Positions 48,713 to 61,869 of a DNA stretch of 64,000 bases are shown one piece after another (the stretch's first letter is position 1; every line of letters starts with the position of its first letter). Below the pieces are notes generated by a model. The model searched no databases. It had not been told where the DNA came from and was given only the letters and a program-made list of their open reading frames with translations. The DNA lies in assembly GCF_037042905.1 (NCBI RefSeq), contig NC_087251.1, forward strand, positions 33,482,001 through 33,546,000, given 5' to 3'. The translations under genes were made by a program, and so were the position numbers. The stretch comes from Lytechinus pictus. Lineage: Eukaryota.

Positions 48713-51700
48713 CAATTACCTTGTACAAAAAAATTCACTTAGCCTACACTATCAGATACTGATACAAACATTTTGTTAAAAATTGACTTTCATTTTTTCA
48801 GCAAGATCAGAAACCAATATTAACCCACAAACTCAGCGAGGCAGAGCAGCATGAAGCATTAATATGCGTTAAATTCCGTTTATCGGCTTCTGTGGTTGGT
48901 GTGGTTTGGGAAGTGTTGGAGCATTGTAATACCAGAGGGTAGATGGAGCGCATGGGAGAACCTTAGGGGCCACCAAATTGAATCACATGTATTTAAACGA
49001 ACATGTTAAGATCATATGTATAGACAGATTCTAATTTAATGGTTCAGTTTTACAATTCATAGAGTTTTGGGTGATTTGGGGATTGAAAGAACATTATCAA
49101 TGTTGCCTTCATCAGGCCAGAGTTTCAAAGACCATACTCTTAGCCATGTTCTTGAGGATTAGCTATTTCCATTTAAAACTTAATTCATTTAAGGACAGCA
49201 TGTAAAACAATACAGTAACACAAATAAGCTACTTATCTTATGTTTTTTATATGTTCAACGTATCACACCTCTATTTTCTTTCTGCGACGTGCAATTCAAT
49301 TTTTTTTACTACATGAGATGAAGCTGGTTCTATAGGTAATACTTATGATGCCTAACCAATACTAATCACCTAAGCAATAAAGGTGTTCTGTCAATACAAT
49401 AGGTGATGCCATCAATCATGGGCAGAATAGGGACAAGATATCAAAGAGAACATAGAACTGTGACAGAGCCTTGATAAAAGATGTTGTCTCTAATCTCTGT
49501 GTCTTGGTGAATTCAAAGCTTTTGAAAATCAGATGAAGATGAAGATGATAAAAAAAAAGTAATTGAATCTGATGAGCATTCTAGTCCCTTTCTTTCTTCG
49601 GGGCGCACACCAACACGTTCGCGCGAAGGCGACATCCCCCCATTTTGATGAGACCAAAGTGCAGCGTGACCCTGTGAAGACCCTTACACAATAGCGGCAA
49701 GGATTGATATGATCAGTGTGAATAGATAGAAAGGCAGTGATCTCAGTTGTGATAAAGCTTATTGAGTGTTCTCCAGGAGTATTGTGGTGATGTCACGGCT
49801 TAATTAATGGGGTAGCCCTGTCTAATGGGGTCATAATTTCAATCTATAATCCCCTCATTCCTGCCTGCCACAGACAAACCCTCCAAAATTATGTATTCAG
49901 CTGTCTTGTGTTGAACAAGAACTGCTTGGGCTCTTCTCCTGCGGCAAGTTTAAGATTTTTTTCTTTTACCTCTCCCCTCTTCTCTCGTCATCTCGATTTT
50001 TCTACTTTAAGTAGATGGATGTCACTTTACCAATAAAGCCCATCCTATTCTGGAGGATGAGCCGTTTATGGCAAGGAGTATTTGGTCGTCACATCGGCAA
50101 GGCGGCTAACATCACAAACAGGAACCGTGAATAGGAGAGCGCAAGCAGCCTGGTTCGTGATGGAGCTCCGGGGCTCAGCGCGATGCGCCAAACGAGAACT
50201 CAATAGCAACGGGGGAGCGCAACAATAGCTTGTCTGTTTAGTCAATGCGACTAACAAGCAATAAATTTTTCTGCTGATGCCACCGTTGCCTTTTCTTTTC
50301 CAAACTCCATTCTCTTACTCCCTCTTCTTCTTCTTCATCATCAATCCCCTCTACCCACTTCTCTGTATATTATATACTGGCTTCAGGGAGTGTGTCATAA
50401 TTTTACAATAGTGTTTGTATTGAACTTGAGGGAATAACAAACCGGTGCATGGAGGTGCATTTTTCATCGGCAAGATTTCTCCTCCCTTTTATTCAGCTAG
50501 GTGTCAGTGACATTCTTGCGTGCCAACCAGGTCCTGGTGAAGTCACTTGTACTTTCCTTCACCAAAACCCTGCACTCATTCCTCCACAACCTTGAGCAAC
50601 ACCAACAAAGAACTCTTCAACAAGCTCCCAACCATAAAAGTGACAACTTTTGTCTCAGCTTCATTCAAAGGCCCTCTATTTGCGGACATTCATTTTGTAT
50701 CATTTGAACAATGACACAATAAAAGCCTTTTCATGGCAAAAGAGAGTGGAAGAGAGAGACTGGAAGTGGCTGAAAGAGAGGGTTGGGAAAGAAAAGATCC
50801 AAGTGAAAAAAATCTATCATATATCATAACTGCTGTGAAAGAATCTCTATTATTTCAGCCATTTTGAGTCACCAAGGCTACTCTTTTTATCTCGTTTAAC
50901 TTGATTGTAAATACCGATAAATAAAAACAGACATTGCTCCAAGAAGTGAAGGGAGAAAACAGTTGCAATTTTGTGCAAACATTTTGAGGTGAACCTTCAA
51001 AAGAAAGCAAGAAGGCAACAAAAAAAGTTTAGCTTGACTGGGAGAAAAACGAAAGGTGGGCAGTAAAGTGCAGACTTGAAGGGTCATAAGCTACCGGAGG
51101 GGCTAAAAACACTGGGCAGCAAATAATGGTGTAGGGGGGATCAAAGGCATAATAGCACAGGTCTAATATATCCTGATAAGGAGTATAAAAAACATGTGAA
51201 CAGTTAATGGTTATCATGAAAATAGAGGGTGGAAGAAATTCAGAAAGATTTAGAATTAAGATGTTATCAAGATCAAAGCTGGCCGTCTTTAAGCATTCCA
51301 TTAATCTAGCAAATATGTTTTTAAAAAGCTTTAAAACACAATTTTCAATAAGAGAACCATTTTCAAGATTTGAAGAAATTAGAAAACTTACTGAAAAGAT
51401 TCATCTTGGTTAAATGGATACCACAAAAGGGTCACAGAATAAAATGAAAGGAGACCAGAGTCAAATCATTTGTTGATTTTGTTACAAATTACCCCATCGC
51501 ATTTTCATTTGTTTTACTTTTCATATAGGCACTATCATCTCTATTATTATTTTTATCACGATATACTAACCAATGCAACATTTTTTTTTCAGCCCCTCTA
51601 CAATATGAGGAAGGCAATAGATACGTTTGGAATAAGGGGTGGTCGCAGAGTTGGAGGGGGTGGGGAGGGGGCTCTTTAAATTTTTTCACTATTCTTCTTC

Positions 51701-52533
51701 CTGTACTCACTATGAATGTTTACCTAACACTCTAGTGGTAAGTGTTTGAGGAAAGGATTAAAATACATTTACTGATAAATCAATGCCATAGACCGTGAAA
51801 GATGGACAAGAGGCAGGTTTTCTATGAACACGAAGTGGTTACAATTGAATGCTGGGTTTATTTTGCAGTTTCATTCCTTTCCTTCATTTTTGTTTTTTAT
51901 TCCGAGATCAACTTTTCATTATTGATATGTTGACAGGTGCAGTGATCCAAGGGAACCAATGACTTTCAGCGGGAGCACTACCAAAGATGATAAGTTCATA
52001 CAAGAAAAGAATATCGGACTCATTATTTGGCATAATAACTGATTATGAAGGATGATGATATAATCAATATGACACCAGGAAGAATTAAGGTAGCCTTGTT
52101 TGTCTTCTTTTTATGTTAACTGTCATCTATAATAATTGATTTCTAAGTGCTTTGAGCATTTTATTTCAATCTTATCTCACTTTCTTTTGCTTCTAAAATA
52201 GGCCTATACCCCCTAATAAACTAAATGTAATCAAGAAAAAAAATAGATACATAAGTACAGCAACCTTAAAAGTAGTCTGATAAAGATAATTTTCTTATGA
52301 TAATACTAATTAAAAACAATGCCCTAGTTGTAACAATTTTCTACCTTCTTAGGGAAACAACTTAATAATTTACTTTTTTTTACACTTGAATAAATTTTCA
52401 TGATATTTCCCATCTGACCTTTAGTGGTGTAAAAGTACAGTTTACAGAGCACAATTGTCATAATCTACATGAATTATCTATGGTACTTTGTACTTTCAAC
52501 AACAAAATCATTACATTTGACATATTTTTAATA

Positions 52534-52992
52534 AAAAGTACATCTACATATTCCTTCTGTATTTTTCTTCTTACTTTTAACAATTAAATAATTCCATTTG
52601 ACTTCATATTTCAAAAAGTACATCTAAGTGTACTCTATATAATTATACTTCTTACTTTTAACAATAAAATTATTACAATTTAATCAATATTTTAAACAAT
52701 AATAAGCCATCCAGTATAATTGTGAAAGTACATTTATCTAACAAAAATAAAGAAACAGTTGGAAACATATGGCACCAAGTTTACCCAATTATTCACTATT
52801 CATTATTGAAAAAAAGTACATCTACGTGTACTCTATATAATTATGCTTCTTACTTTTAACAATGAAATTATTACAATTTACTTAATATTTTCAATAATAA
52901 TAATCCATCCATAACAATTGTGAAAGTACATTTATCTTACAAAATAAAGAAACAGTTTGAAACATAGCATCAATTTTACCCCATTATTCACT
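52534..52992 (+). repeat. AT-rich tandem duplication, ~198-bp unit, 2 copies plus a partial one
   Basis: AAAAAGTACATCTA.GTGTACTCTATATAATTAT..TTCTTACTTTTAACAAT near 52613 and 52811; ATTGTGAAAGTACATTTATCT appears in both copies. Confidence 0.92.
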
Positions 52993-53521
52993 TCAAATAG
53001 CACAACCATGTAGGATAACTATATGATTCTACTTCTTTACTTAACTACTCAAAGATACAGAATTACATGATATATCATCGAATCAGCCACTTTTCTCCAT
53101 ATTCTCCTCCATTAATTGACTCCTTCAAAGTAAGCCTCTTCAATCTGAGGACAGCAAGGCCAAAGCAGGTTTCAAATAATGATGTAGACATTGATAAGTC
53201 TGTGGCAGAGCACATTTTCCTCTTATGCCATAAAGTGCTATTGTTGAGGGTATATGTATATTCAGGACAAAAATGATTATGTAACCACCACTTATAGTGC
53301 ATGGCACAGAAGAAAACATAACCCAAACTGGTCTTTCTTTCTAAGTCTCATTCATCTGAATCTCTTTCCTTGTATCTTCCTCCTTTCACTATCTTTTTCC
53401 TTTGCTACAATCATCACTTTTGCACTTCTTTCTTGATCATCCTCTTATTTTCTATATATTTTTTCAATTCATTAGCATCAATATCAGTAACATATACTTC
53501 AAACAGAAACTGGAAACTTAA

Positions 53522-54111
53522 AGGACAAGTCCACCCCAACAAAAAGCTGATTTGGACAGAAAGAGAAAAATCAAACAAACATAACACTGAAAATTTCATC
53601 AAAATCTGATGTAAAATAAGAAAGTTATAACATTTTAAAGTTTCACTTAATTTTTCAAAACAGTTACATAAATGCACATCCTGGTCAGCATGCAAATGAG
53701 GGGACCGATGACATCATCCACTCACTATTTCTTTTGTATTTTATTACATGAAATATTCTAATTTTCTCCTCACTGTCAAGTGATACAATGATTAATTCCT
53801 GCATGAACATGTGGAACTAGCATTGTTTAATACTATATGGTTCTGTCAAGTTGGTCCTTATTGTCAAATCTATAAAAAAATGAAATATTGTATAATTCAA
53901 ACAATAAAAAACAAAAGAAATAGTGAGTGATGGACATCATCGACCAACTCGACTAGTTGTGCATATCACTGTTTTGTGAAAAATAAGCGAAATTTTAAAA
54001 TGTCATAACTTTCTTATTTAACATCCGATTTTGATGAAATTTTCAGCACTATGCTAGTTTGATTTTTCTCTATTTATTCAAGTCAGCGTTTTCCTGGGGT
54101 GGACTTGACCT
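53522..54111 (+). mobile_element. 590-bp MITE with TTAA target-site duplication (Kolobok-like)
   Basis: TTAA|AGGACAAGTCCACCCC ... GGGGTGGACTTGACCT|TTAA, with ~120-bp imperfect subterminal inverted repeats (CTGAAAATTTCATCAAAATC / GATTTTGATGAAATTTTCAG). Confidence 0.95.
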
Positions 54112-54379
54112 TTAATAGGCCTACTAATGGTAAATGCTGACCTTGACATATCCACCTACCATCAAAATCAAGCCAGGGCTATAGTTTCATGTAGTAATTC
54201 TTTTCATTATTCGCAGTTCAGAATTCTGCAATATCAATCGAGTTATTCTCCAACAAGATCACTCTCATATCTCCTATAGGCTTGTATCTGAAATCTAGTT
54301 AAAAATAATTTATTGCCAGAAAAAAGGTTTCTAAAAAGAGTTTATGACTTTACATAAAATCTCATACAATAACGGCATA

Positions 54380-54570
54380 CACAGTTAAATGCCGTTTTAT
54401 ATCTTTATACAATGCTGTCGTATGAACCTTAAAGTAGTTGTGTTAACATGCATACAACATCTTACACAACAAAGTTTAAATCTCAATACTTACTTCTCAA
54501 TAAATTGAGCAAGGTTGTTCAAATTATAAACTACTGTAAGGTTCATATAGTTAACAGCGTTTATACTGTG
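54380..54570. mobile_element. CACAG...CTGTG MITE with TA duplication, related to the 41795 element
   Basis: TA|CACAGT...ACTGTG|TA. It shares TCTTACACAACAAAGTTTAAAT with 41878-41899; inner IR TATGAACCTTA / TAAGGTTCATA. Confidence 0.75.
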
Positions 54571-57500
54571 TACACGTAGGCCTATATTTCTCACAGAACG
54601 CAGGCTAATGTTTGACCATCGCCATTTCTTTATACTGTGAACTTCCAGCTAGCTTTGAAGTAGTAATAGTGTATAACTTCTAGACTCTATTTTAATGACC
54701 CCTGTTCCTCTTCTTAATTTGTTTCTCAGCCTTCTTCAGATATCCTGTTTGTCCACTCTGATTGACTGCTTTTCCGTTACCTTCCCAGAATGCTCCTTGC
54801 CTGGCTAGCCCAGAGGAAAGATGGTAAGAAATTATTTAAACAGCATGCCAATGTTTCCCTCTCTAAATTACTCTTTTGTAATGTCATGTCTCTTTCTCCA
54901 GCCAGCCTAATCTAATTAACGATTTAAGGATGTTTCTTTCCTGGGGACCTTAATTATATAATTGGGTATTTCATTAAGTTGCTATTAGCGATTAATAAAT
55001 ATTGCAAATCCAGTTCACAGATATTGATTGTTGCTTAATCAGGCAAGCTTTGTTAAACTTTATCAAGTTCAAATTTTATTCAAATAGTATGTATAAAATT
55101 TAAATACTGATAGTAGGCCTATACTCCAAGATTATCATAACATAATTATATCCAGTGGATAAAAACAGATCAATGGCAGGTAGAAAGAAGGAGTTCCAAA
55201 AATGGGCCTCCTCAGCAATTGACTGCCCTATGAATTATCAATAGAGATCAGAGAACATTAGAAAATTAACAAGCTGACATTACAAAGTGAATGCAAATGA
55301 AGATGTTAACGGTTTATAAATGACATAGAAAAAGTCACTTCAAAACTCACAAAGCAGAAACAAAACCCTTATACCAGCAATTTTCCTCAAAGCGGCTACC
55401 CTCTAGGAGATATAGTCCCCTAAATTACGCCATACAGCAATTTAGTCATTCGGGCCAATGCTCCGAGTCCTCACACACAACATGCTAGCATTAGCCGTCT
55501 ACGAGAACACGACAGCCTTGGCAGTAATTCCCCGAAAGCCGACTTAAAAGCTTTGTGCAGTGAAATTGAATCTCTAGTATCACGGAGACGGGCTCAGTTA
55601 GCAGGGGGACCTGCTTATGTTAAGTGTTGTTGTGTCATTGGACTACATCTCTCCGTGTATTTACTCTCCAACGTGGCTGCTTTCATTAAAAAGAGATTCA
55701 ATAATTCTGCAAGTGTGGAAACTCGATATCCTATCAATGTCTATTCATGCACAATCCATGCACAATAGTGGAAATAATAAAATCCCTGGCATGAAATATC
55801 ACAATCATTTCATCATATTAAACTACAACAAAATAGCCATCATAAATAATAGCCTTGCCTTCTCCATTGCATCAAATTAAATAGATACTTGGAAACTTTT
55901 ATGGGGTTCACCTAGCCAAAATAATCAAAAGATTTTTTCAAGATTTGGCGTAACAATACTAGTCGTTAAAAAGATAGGGCATAAAATTTACTAATCAATC
56001 ATTTGCAGGGCATTCATATCTATTGCCTGGAAGGATTAATTTCCTTTGAAAAATGATCAATATAAATATGGTTGCAGGAAAGGGATACTGTAATCATATC
56101 TGTCCAAGGTGGAATTTATAATTTTTGCTTGGTACTAAGATAAAGAATGGAGGATCATATTTCAAAATAAAAAAATATTCAATAATGTTTGAAACTAAAT
56201 ATGTTTTATTAGCTTAAATTTGAATTTAAATTCCTTCATTAATTGGCATATATGGAGTGTAAGGGCACAAGATATATTCAATTAAACTCCAATTAAACTG
56301 AGGCACAGTTTAACTAACAATAAAAATTTAATAGGGGTCATATCTCTCTATTTCCCCCATGGATCTCTAACATTAATGGTGATAACAACAGCCACAGAAG
56401 TTACAATAGAGTCATGCAAATATACTACGCTGAGCTGTAGACAGCGTGACCTAAATGCCAATGTATATGGGATTGTGATGCAGTCGGCCAATGGTTGTTT
56501 GAATACACCCGCTGCAGCGGCTGCCAGGGGTCGAGACCGCGGAAGCCGAGCCAGCCGTCATCGCTATCACAGTGTGTACACATTAACACTGGGATTGTAG
56601 CAAAGCTGGAAAAATAAGACTATTGGGATAGCTGGGGTTGGAGAGGGCGGCCCCAATGCACGTGCTCGGGGGAAGCTGCCTGCTGCTGAGCTACTGCTTC
56701 TATTGTTGTCCTTTCAGCCTGGGACTTGAGGATAAACTCCAGAGGCTCTGGAAGTAATCACAGATTTGGGCAAAGCAGATCGAAGTTGAAGCCTTCTTCT
56801 TTTGAAGAAACTGAGAAACTGATAGGTATGCCTGCGACGTATCATACCCCCAAGAAAAAAATAGAGGGTTGAAATGGTCTGGGGACTAGGCTATAAGATC
56901 CTGTTCCTCCAGGAATATTTAGCACTTGAAACTGATTTTATGGTAGAGATTGTATTTTGTTTCCATAATCAACTAAAAGGTTATTTTAAAACATAATGAT
57001 TCTCTCTGATTGCTCAACATTTCATTTTAAGTGTCATATTATTTTCTGATGAAGTGTCTTTTTATAAGGAAAGTATCATTCTGCATTATCACTATTTTGA
57101 TGGTACATTTGAGCACACATCCTTTTTTTTAAAAGGGGGGGGGGCAGGTGGGTGTTAAATCTGAACTGTAGGCAACCAAGTCAAAGACTGCAAGGAATAA
57201 ATTTGTCAGTGTCTATAAGGCAAATAACAAAAAAAGAGGAGATGACTAGTCATTCAAATCAAAACAAAAGTTCAGTCTTCATCTTATTTTGTTGCTCTAT
57301 AAACAATATAAGGATCTAATCAAAGCAGATATCATCATCGCCATCACCCATCCCTCTTTCCTTTAATATTACAAAATCTTCTGATATCACAGCAGGACCA
57401 GACGCAAGACATTTTTCTTTTTACATCCTAAACATTTCCCATTTGTTTTGTTTAATTGGTTATTATGGTTGAAATTCACCTTGAGCCATGATCATTAATT

Positions 57501-60048
57501 TACCTGGCTCGGCGCAATCCCATCTCACCTAATCAAATTTGGAAGTAACACACAACATATACATGTAACCCAGGTAATTGAGGTATACCATAATTAGCCT
57601 TGGCGGTAAGATGGAGTCTGGCCGTCTCAACTACCTTTCTGTCCATATTCCTGTGTTCATTCATACATTTTATGCACTTTCTCAAGTCTACATTCTTAAC
57701 CTAATTATAGATCTTAACCAAATACGTTTTTAAAGTCATCATTTTTAATATGTATATTTCAACAAGCATACACCTGTACCCACGTCAAGATTGAAAGTAA
57801 AAAAAAAATCAGTGAGATACAACTGACATAATTTGCAACATAGAGAAAGAATTTTACATATACTGTTTTATGAAAACAAACAAAAAAATTTCTTCAATGG
57901 TATGGATGATTTATCAGAATTCATGACTTTAGAGCCTAGATGTCATATTTTCTTGTAGACAAAATAAGTAGGCCTATATAGCAGTTCTGATCCATACCAC
58001 CTCAAAAGATGAATGATGAATTTCTATTTAATCATCATTATAGATTTTCCACATCAAAAAGGTAACATCTACAGTCAGTAAGCACAGAAGGCTATGATGC
58101 GAGGGAAACTGGCAATGAGCAAGAAACTGCTTTAGGATTAACAGAACGTGATGAAACAGACAAACAGCAAATGGATGACACGTGAAAAGGAAGACCAAAG
58201 AGGCATAGGAAAAGAAGAAACCCCTTTCTTGTGAGGCACAGTTTGACTCTGAGTGACTCACGATTCTTATCGCCATTCTCAAAATGTCTAGGAGAATGTC
58301 TTTCTCCAACTTGTCTTTATTTACAACCCATAGTGGCACACGAGGAGAAATTCGTCAACCTCTTCCTTTATCTCATAACCAGCAACATGCATGAAAATCT
58401 TGAAAAGCTGGCAACTGAAAGCAGATACCGCGAGTCAATATCTGTCTTGAGGTCTGTGATCATCCGACAAAAGGTTGTTGAATTATTTATCTAGGATAGC
58501 TGGCTTAGTGTAAATTTGACATAAATATAGTTTTAAATACCCCAAGCCTCGGAGGAGGTGTGGCCATTATGGACAAGTAGGCAAATGCACGACTGCAAGG
58601 AAAGCCAGAGTGTGGATGAATATGGACGAGATGTAACGCAAGCGCCGTATTCTGAGATAAGCATTCGTGGCTTGGCGCGAAATGCGAGTGGGTAGTTTAA
58701 AGAGCACGATCTGAATGGATCGCGTCTTCCAGTCAGCTGTACTTCTGTAAAGTTATATCATTTCATAATTTTCTCATCTTTGATCATTTATTAAAGTGTG
58801 AGTATTCTGAGGTGGTTGTGAGCCGAGAGTGTCATAGTGCAGTACAAAGCGGAAATGGGTTGAGAGAGAAAGCAAGTTTGACGCAAAGAAAGTAGAGAGG
58901 ATATAATGCCTGAATATGTCATTCTGATTTATATGACGCAAAGTATTACATGCGTCTCCAAGACCATTATCAGGGGTACATAAATATGCTTCCTTTTTTT
59001 TCTTTTTTTACAACACAAAGTCACATCAAGTATTCTCTTGCATTTCTCTCTTCTACTATGAACAGAGAAAAATCTTGGGAATACCTTCAAATTCAAACAT
59101 TCTCTACTTACTGTTTATCAATCTATTAAAATCATTATCAACAAGAATACTATGGGGGTAAGGATGATACACAAGAATGTGAATAAGGAATTTCTGATTG
59201 CTTGGAGTTCATAATCAATTCAGGAAAACAATTGTTTTCTCCAAGACCACACTTTCAATGGTACAAAACAAGTCCTCACAAATTTCTGACTAAAAACAAC
59301 TGATGATTCTCTTGAAGAAAAGCTTTGTTTCATTCTTTCAATGATGCTGTTTAAGTTCAGCGGAAATAATGTGATTAGACAGATTGACATGTCTGTCATT
59401 TCAGTGCATGTATCTACAGTTTACAGTCCATTATTATTTGTATCGTCATAGTATTTGCCCGTAAGCATGGCCGTGCAGATGATCCCCGTTCTGGAGTGAC
59501 ATGGTACTCCGAAAACCCCCTCAGAGCAGACGGCTGAATTGTGGTGGACCACAAAGACAAACTAAAATATGCTAATAAAGAGCCCTTACCAACTGGATGC
59601 CTAGTACCATTTGAGCAAAGTGTTTCTTAATTCATAATTGTATTCTTCCCCATACTAAATAGACTCACATCTCAGCCCTTCACTGTAGGGCTGGATGTGA
59701 AGTCGGCAGCGTTCTTTTTTTCATCATCGTCGTCGGTGGCGTTAAATGGAGAAAGGGAATGTTACGCTAAGCCGCCAAGCTTACAGTGTAGCGGGAGCTG
59801 AGTGAAGGTAATTTCAATGTCTTAAGCAAACACTACCAACCAACCACCCCCTCCCTTCTCTCTTTCTCTCTCTCTCTCTATCTTATTCCTCTTCTTTTCA
59901 TCCATCATAAAAGAGGGAGAAGTATTCATTTTGATCCACAAAGGCAACGAAGCAGCCAGCTCCAATTAGGGTCATGTCCAAATGTACCAATCAGCATTAC
60001 CATTCCTGACAGTTCTAAGCCTATGAGCAACATCTTCGGGTGGTTGTA

Positions 60049-60176
60049 AGAGAGAGAGAGAGAGAGAGAAGGTGGGGGAGAATAGAGGATACATAGAATG
60101 GAAGACAGAAAGAGAGAGAGAGAAAGAGAGAGAATGTGAAAGAGAGAGAGAATGTGAAAGAGGGAGAGAGGGAGAG
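60049..60176 (+). repeat. Interrupted (GA)n microsatellite
   Basis: Directly visible; a complementary (CT)n tract lies at ~59850-59880. Confidence 0.9.
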
Positions 60177-61092
60177 ATTTTTACAGAGGTGGAAATTTGG
60201 ATGAAGACTGGGGAGAGCACAAGAGACGTCACGGGGGGGGGGGGGGGGTCCTTAAGGACAATAGTTCATGTCATTTAAAAAACACAAGAGGCTTTTACTA
60301 TCATTTACTAGTCTCTAGACAAAAAAAGAGACCCGATACCTTAGAATACAGACTCCATGCAAAATTATATTTTTTTATCCTTATGCACAAGAAAGATAAC
60401 TTTAAGAAGGAGTAAGAAAACAAAGCCAAGTTATGAACAAAAGAATATGCAACTCAATGTTTTTAAAGAAATATGCTTTAAAAAATAAAGTTTTTCTTTA
60501 CTTACAAAGAAAATCCCCCAAAAGTTCAAACAATATCCATACAAAGTAGAAATTAATATTGACACAATGCAATATAATAATAAAAATGGAATGACTTTTT
60601 TACTAAATAAATTAAGTAACATCAGGGTACTTTCCTTTTAAATTCAAAGAAAGACTTGTCTACATGAATTTTCAAGCAACTTCAATCTTAATATGTCTAC
60701 ATTATATTTAACAAGTCAAATGGATATGAGTGATTCAGAGAGCGATATGTCATATCCAATATGATTCCTTAGACAATTCCTTTTACCACTGATTGCACAT
60801 GATTATACAACCGCAACTTACATTTACCACAAAATGGGACCAAAAAAAAATGTCATCAGAATTTACAACAAACTGCATCTGACAAGTCGAACAGACAAAT
60901 CCTTGGAAAGTCATAAAAATCATCTTGATCTATTCATATTGAACTGTACTTTGAAAATCAAGGAGTAAAGATGACATTGTTCAAAGTTTCTTGCTAATAG
61001 GGGGGAGGGGCAAATTAATAACCAGAAAAAAAAGTTACTTTGTTCAAAACAAATAATATCACAACTACTGTGTCAAAAATGAGCATTTGCAT

Positions 61093-61275
61093 CCTTTGGC
61101 AGGGGGTTATCTAACAATTGCCACTCTCCATCCAGGTGTGGTAAATGGGTACCTCTTACAATGAATTCCTTGCAAACCTTGAGCACCTGAAAAGGTAGTG
61201 GTGCTAAAGCTGGGGTAGTCGTGCACTGCTATGCGCTATTTAAATGTTGCATATCATTTCATTGTCATTATCATT
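61093..61275 (+). mobile_element. SINE remnant (central domain plus L2-like tail)
   Basis: CTCTCCATCCAGGTGTGGTAAATGGGTACC core, similar to widespread invertebrate SINE central domains. The 3' end reads GCGCTATTTAAATG followed by a (ATT/CAT)n tail. Confidence 0.65.
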
Positions 61276-61726
61276 TTTCAAAACAAAAATTTATATAACT
61301 CCCAATTAGATCAGGCATGACAGTTTCGTAGCTCATTCTAAATAACTGTTAATTTTATCAATAAACAATTAAAGGTGAAACTAATAAAGACATACATGGG
61401 TCCTATGAACCTTATACAAATGTCGTACAATAAAAACAATAATGACAGGAGGCTTCACCATCTGATTAAAATATTCAAACAAGCTGTCAGAAAAAGATAG
61501 CTTGTTATGGGTATGAGTTGTCATTTCAGACAAATGTTAAAAATTAAAAGCAAATAGATTAGAAAGAGAAATTTTTGCAAAGCCTCTATTATGCATATTT
61601 TCATAAGCAATGCAATTTAAATTTTTTGAAAAAAAGTGGAAGTGAGTAAACTGTGAGGTTGACATTGTGCAAACGAAACTGAAGTAGGTCCCGAAAGAAC
61701 CACTAGCTCTCAATGCAAGACTTCTG

Positions 61727-61869
61727 GGGCCTTTTTCATAAAACTTGTAATAATAATAACTTGAAATTACTGTTTTAAGCTACGGAAATCAATCAATTTG
61801 ATCGGCTGATAGAAAACTTGCTGTAGAAATTGGACCTTTGTTGTTATCACGAGTCTTGATGAAACGGGT
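61727..61869. mobile_element. Degenerate short Harbinger-like MITE
   Basis: GGGCCTTTTTCATAAAACTTGTAATAA ... TTATCACGAGTCTTGATGAAACGGG imperfect TIRs. Confidence 0.55.

Noticed and set aside
59972..60278. Glu-Arg and Ser-Leu repeat ORFs
   Set aside because: Translations of the (GA)n microsatellite.
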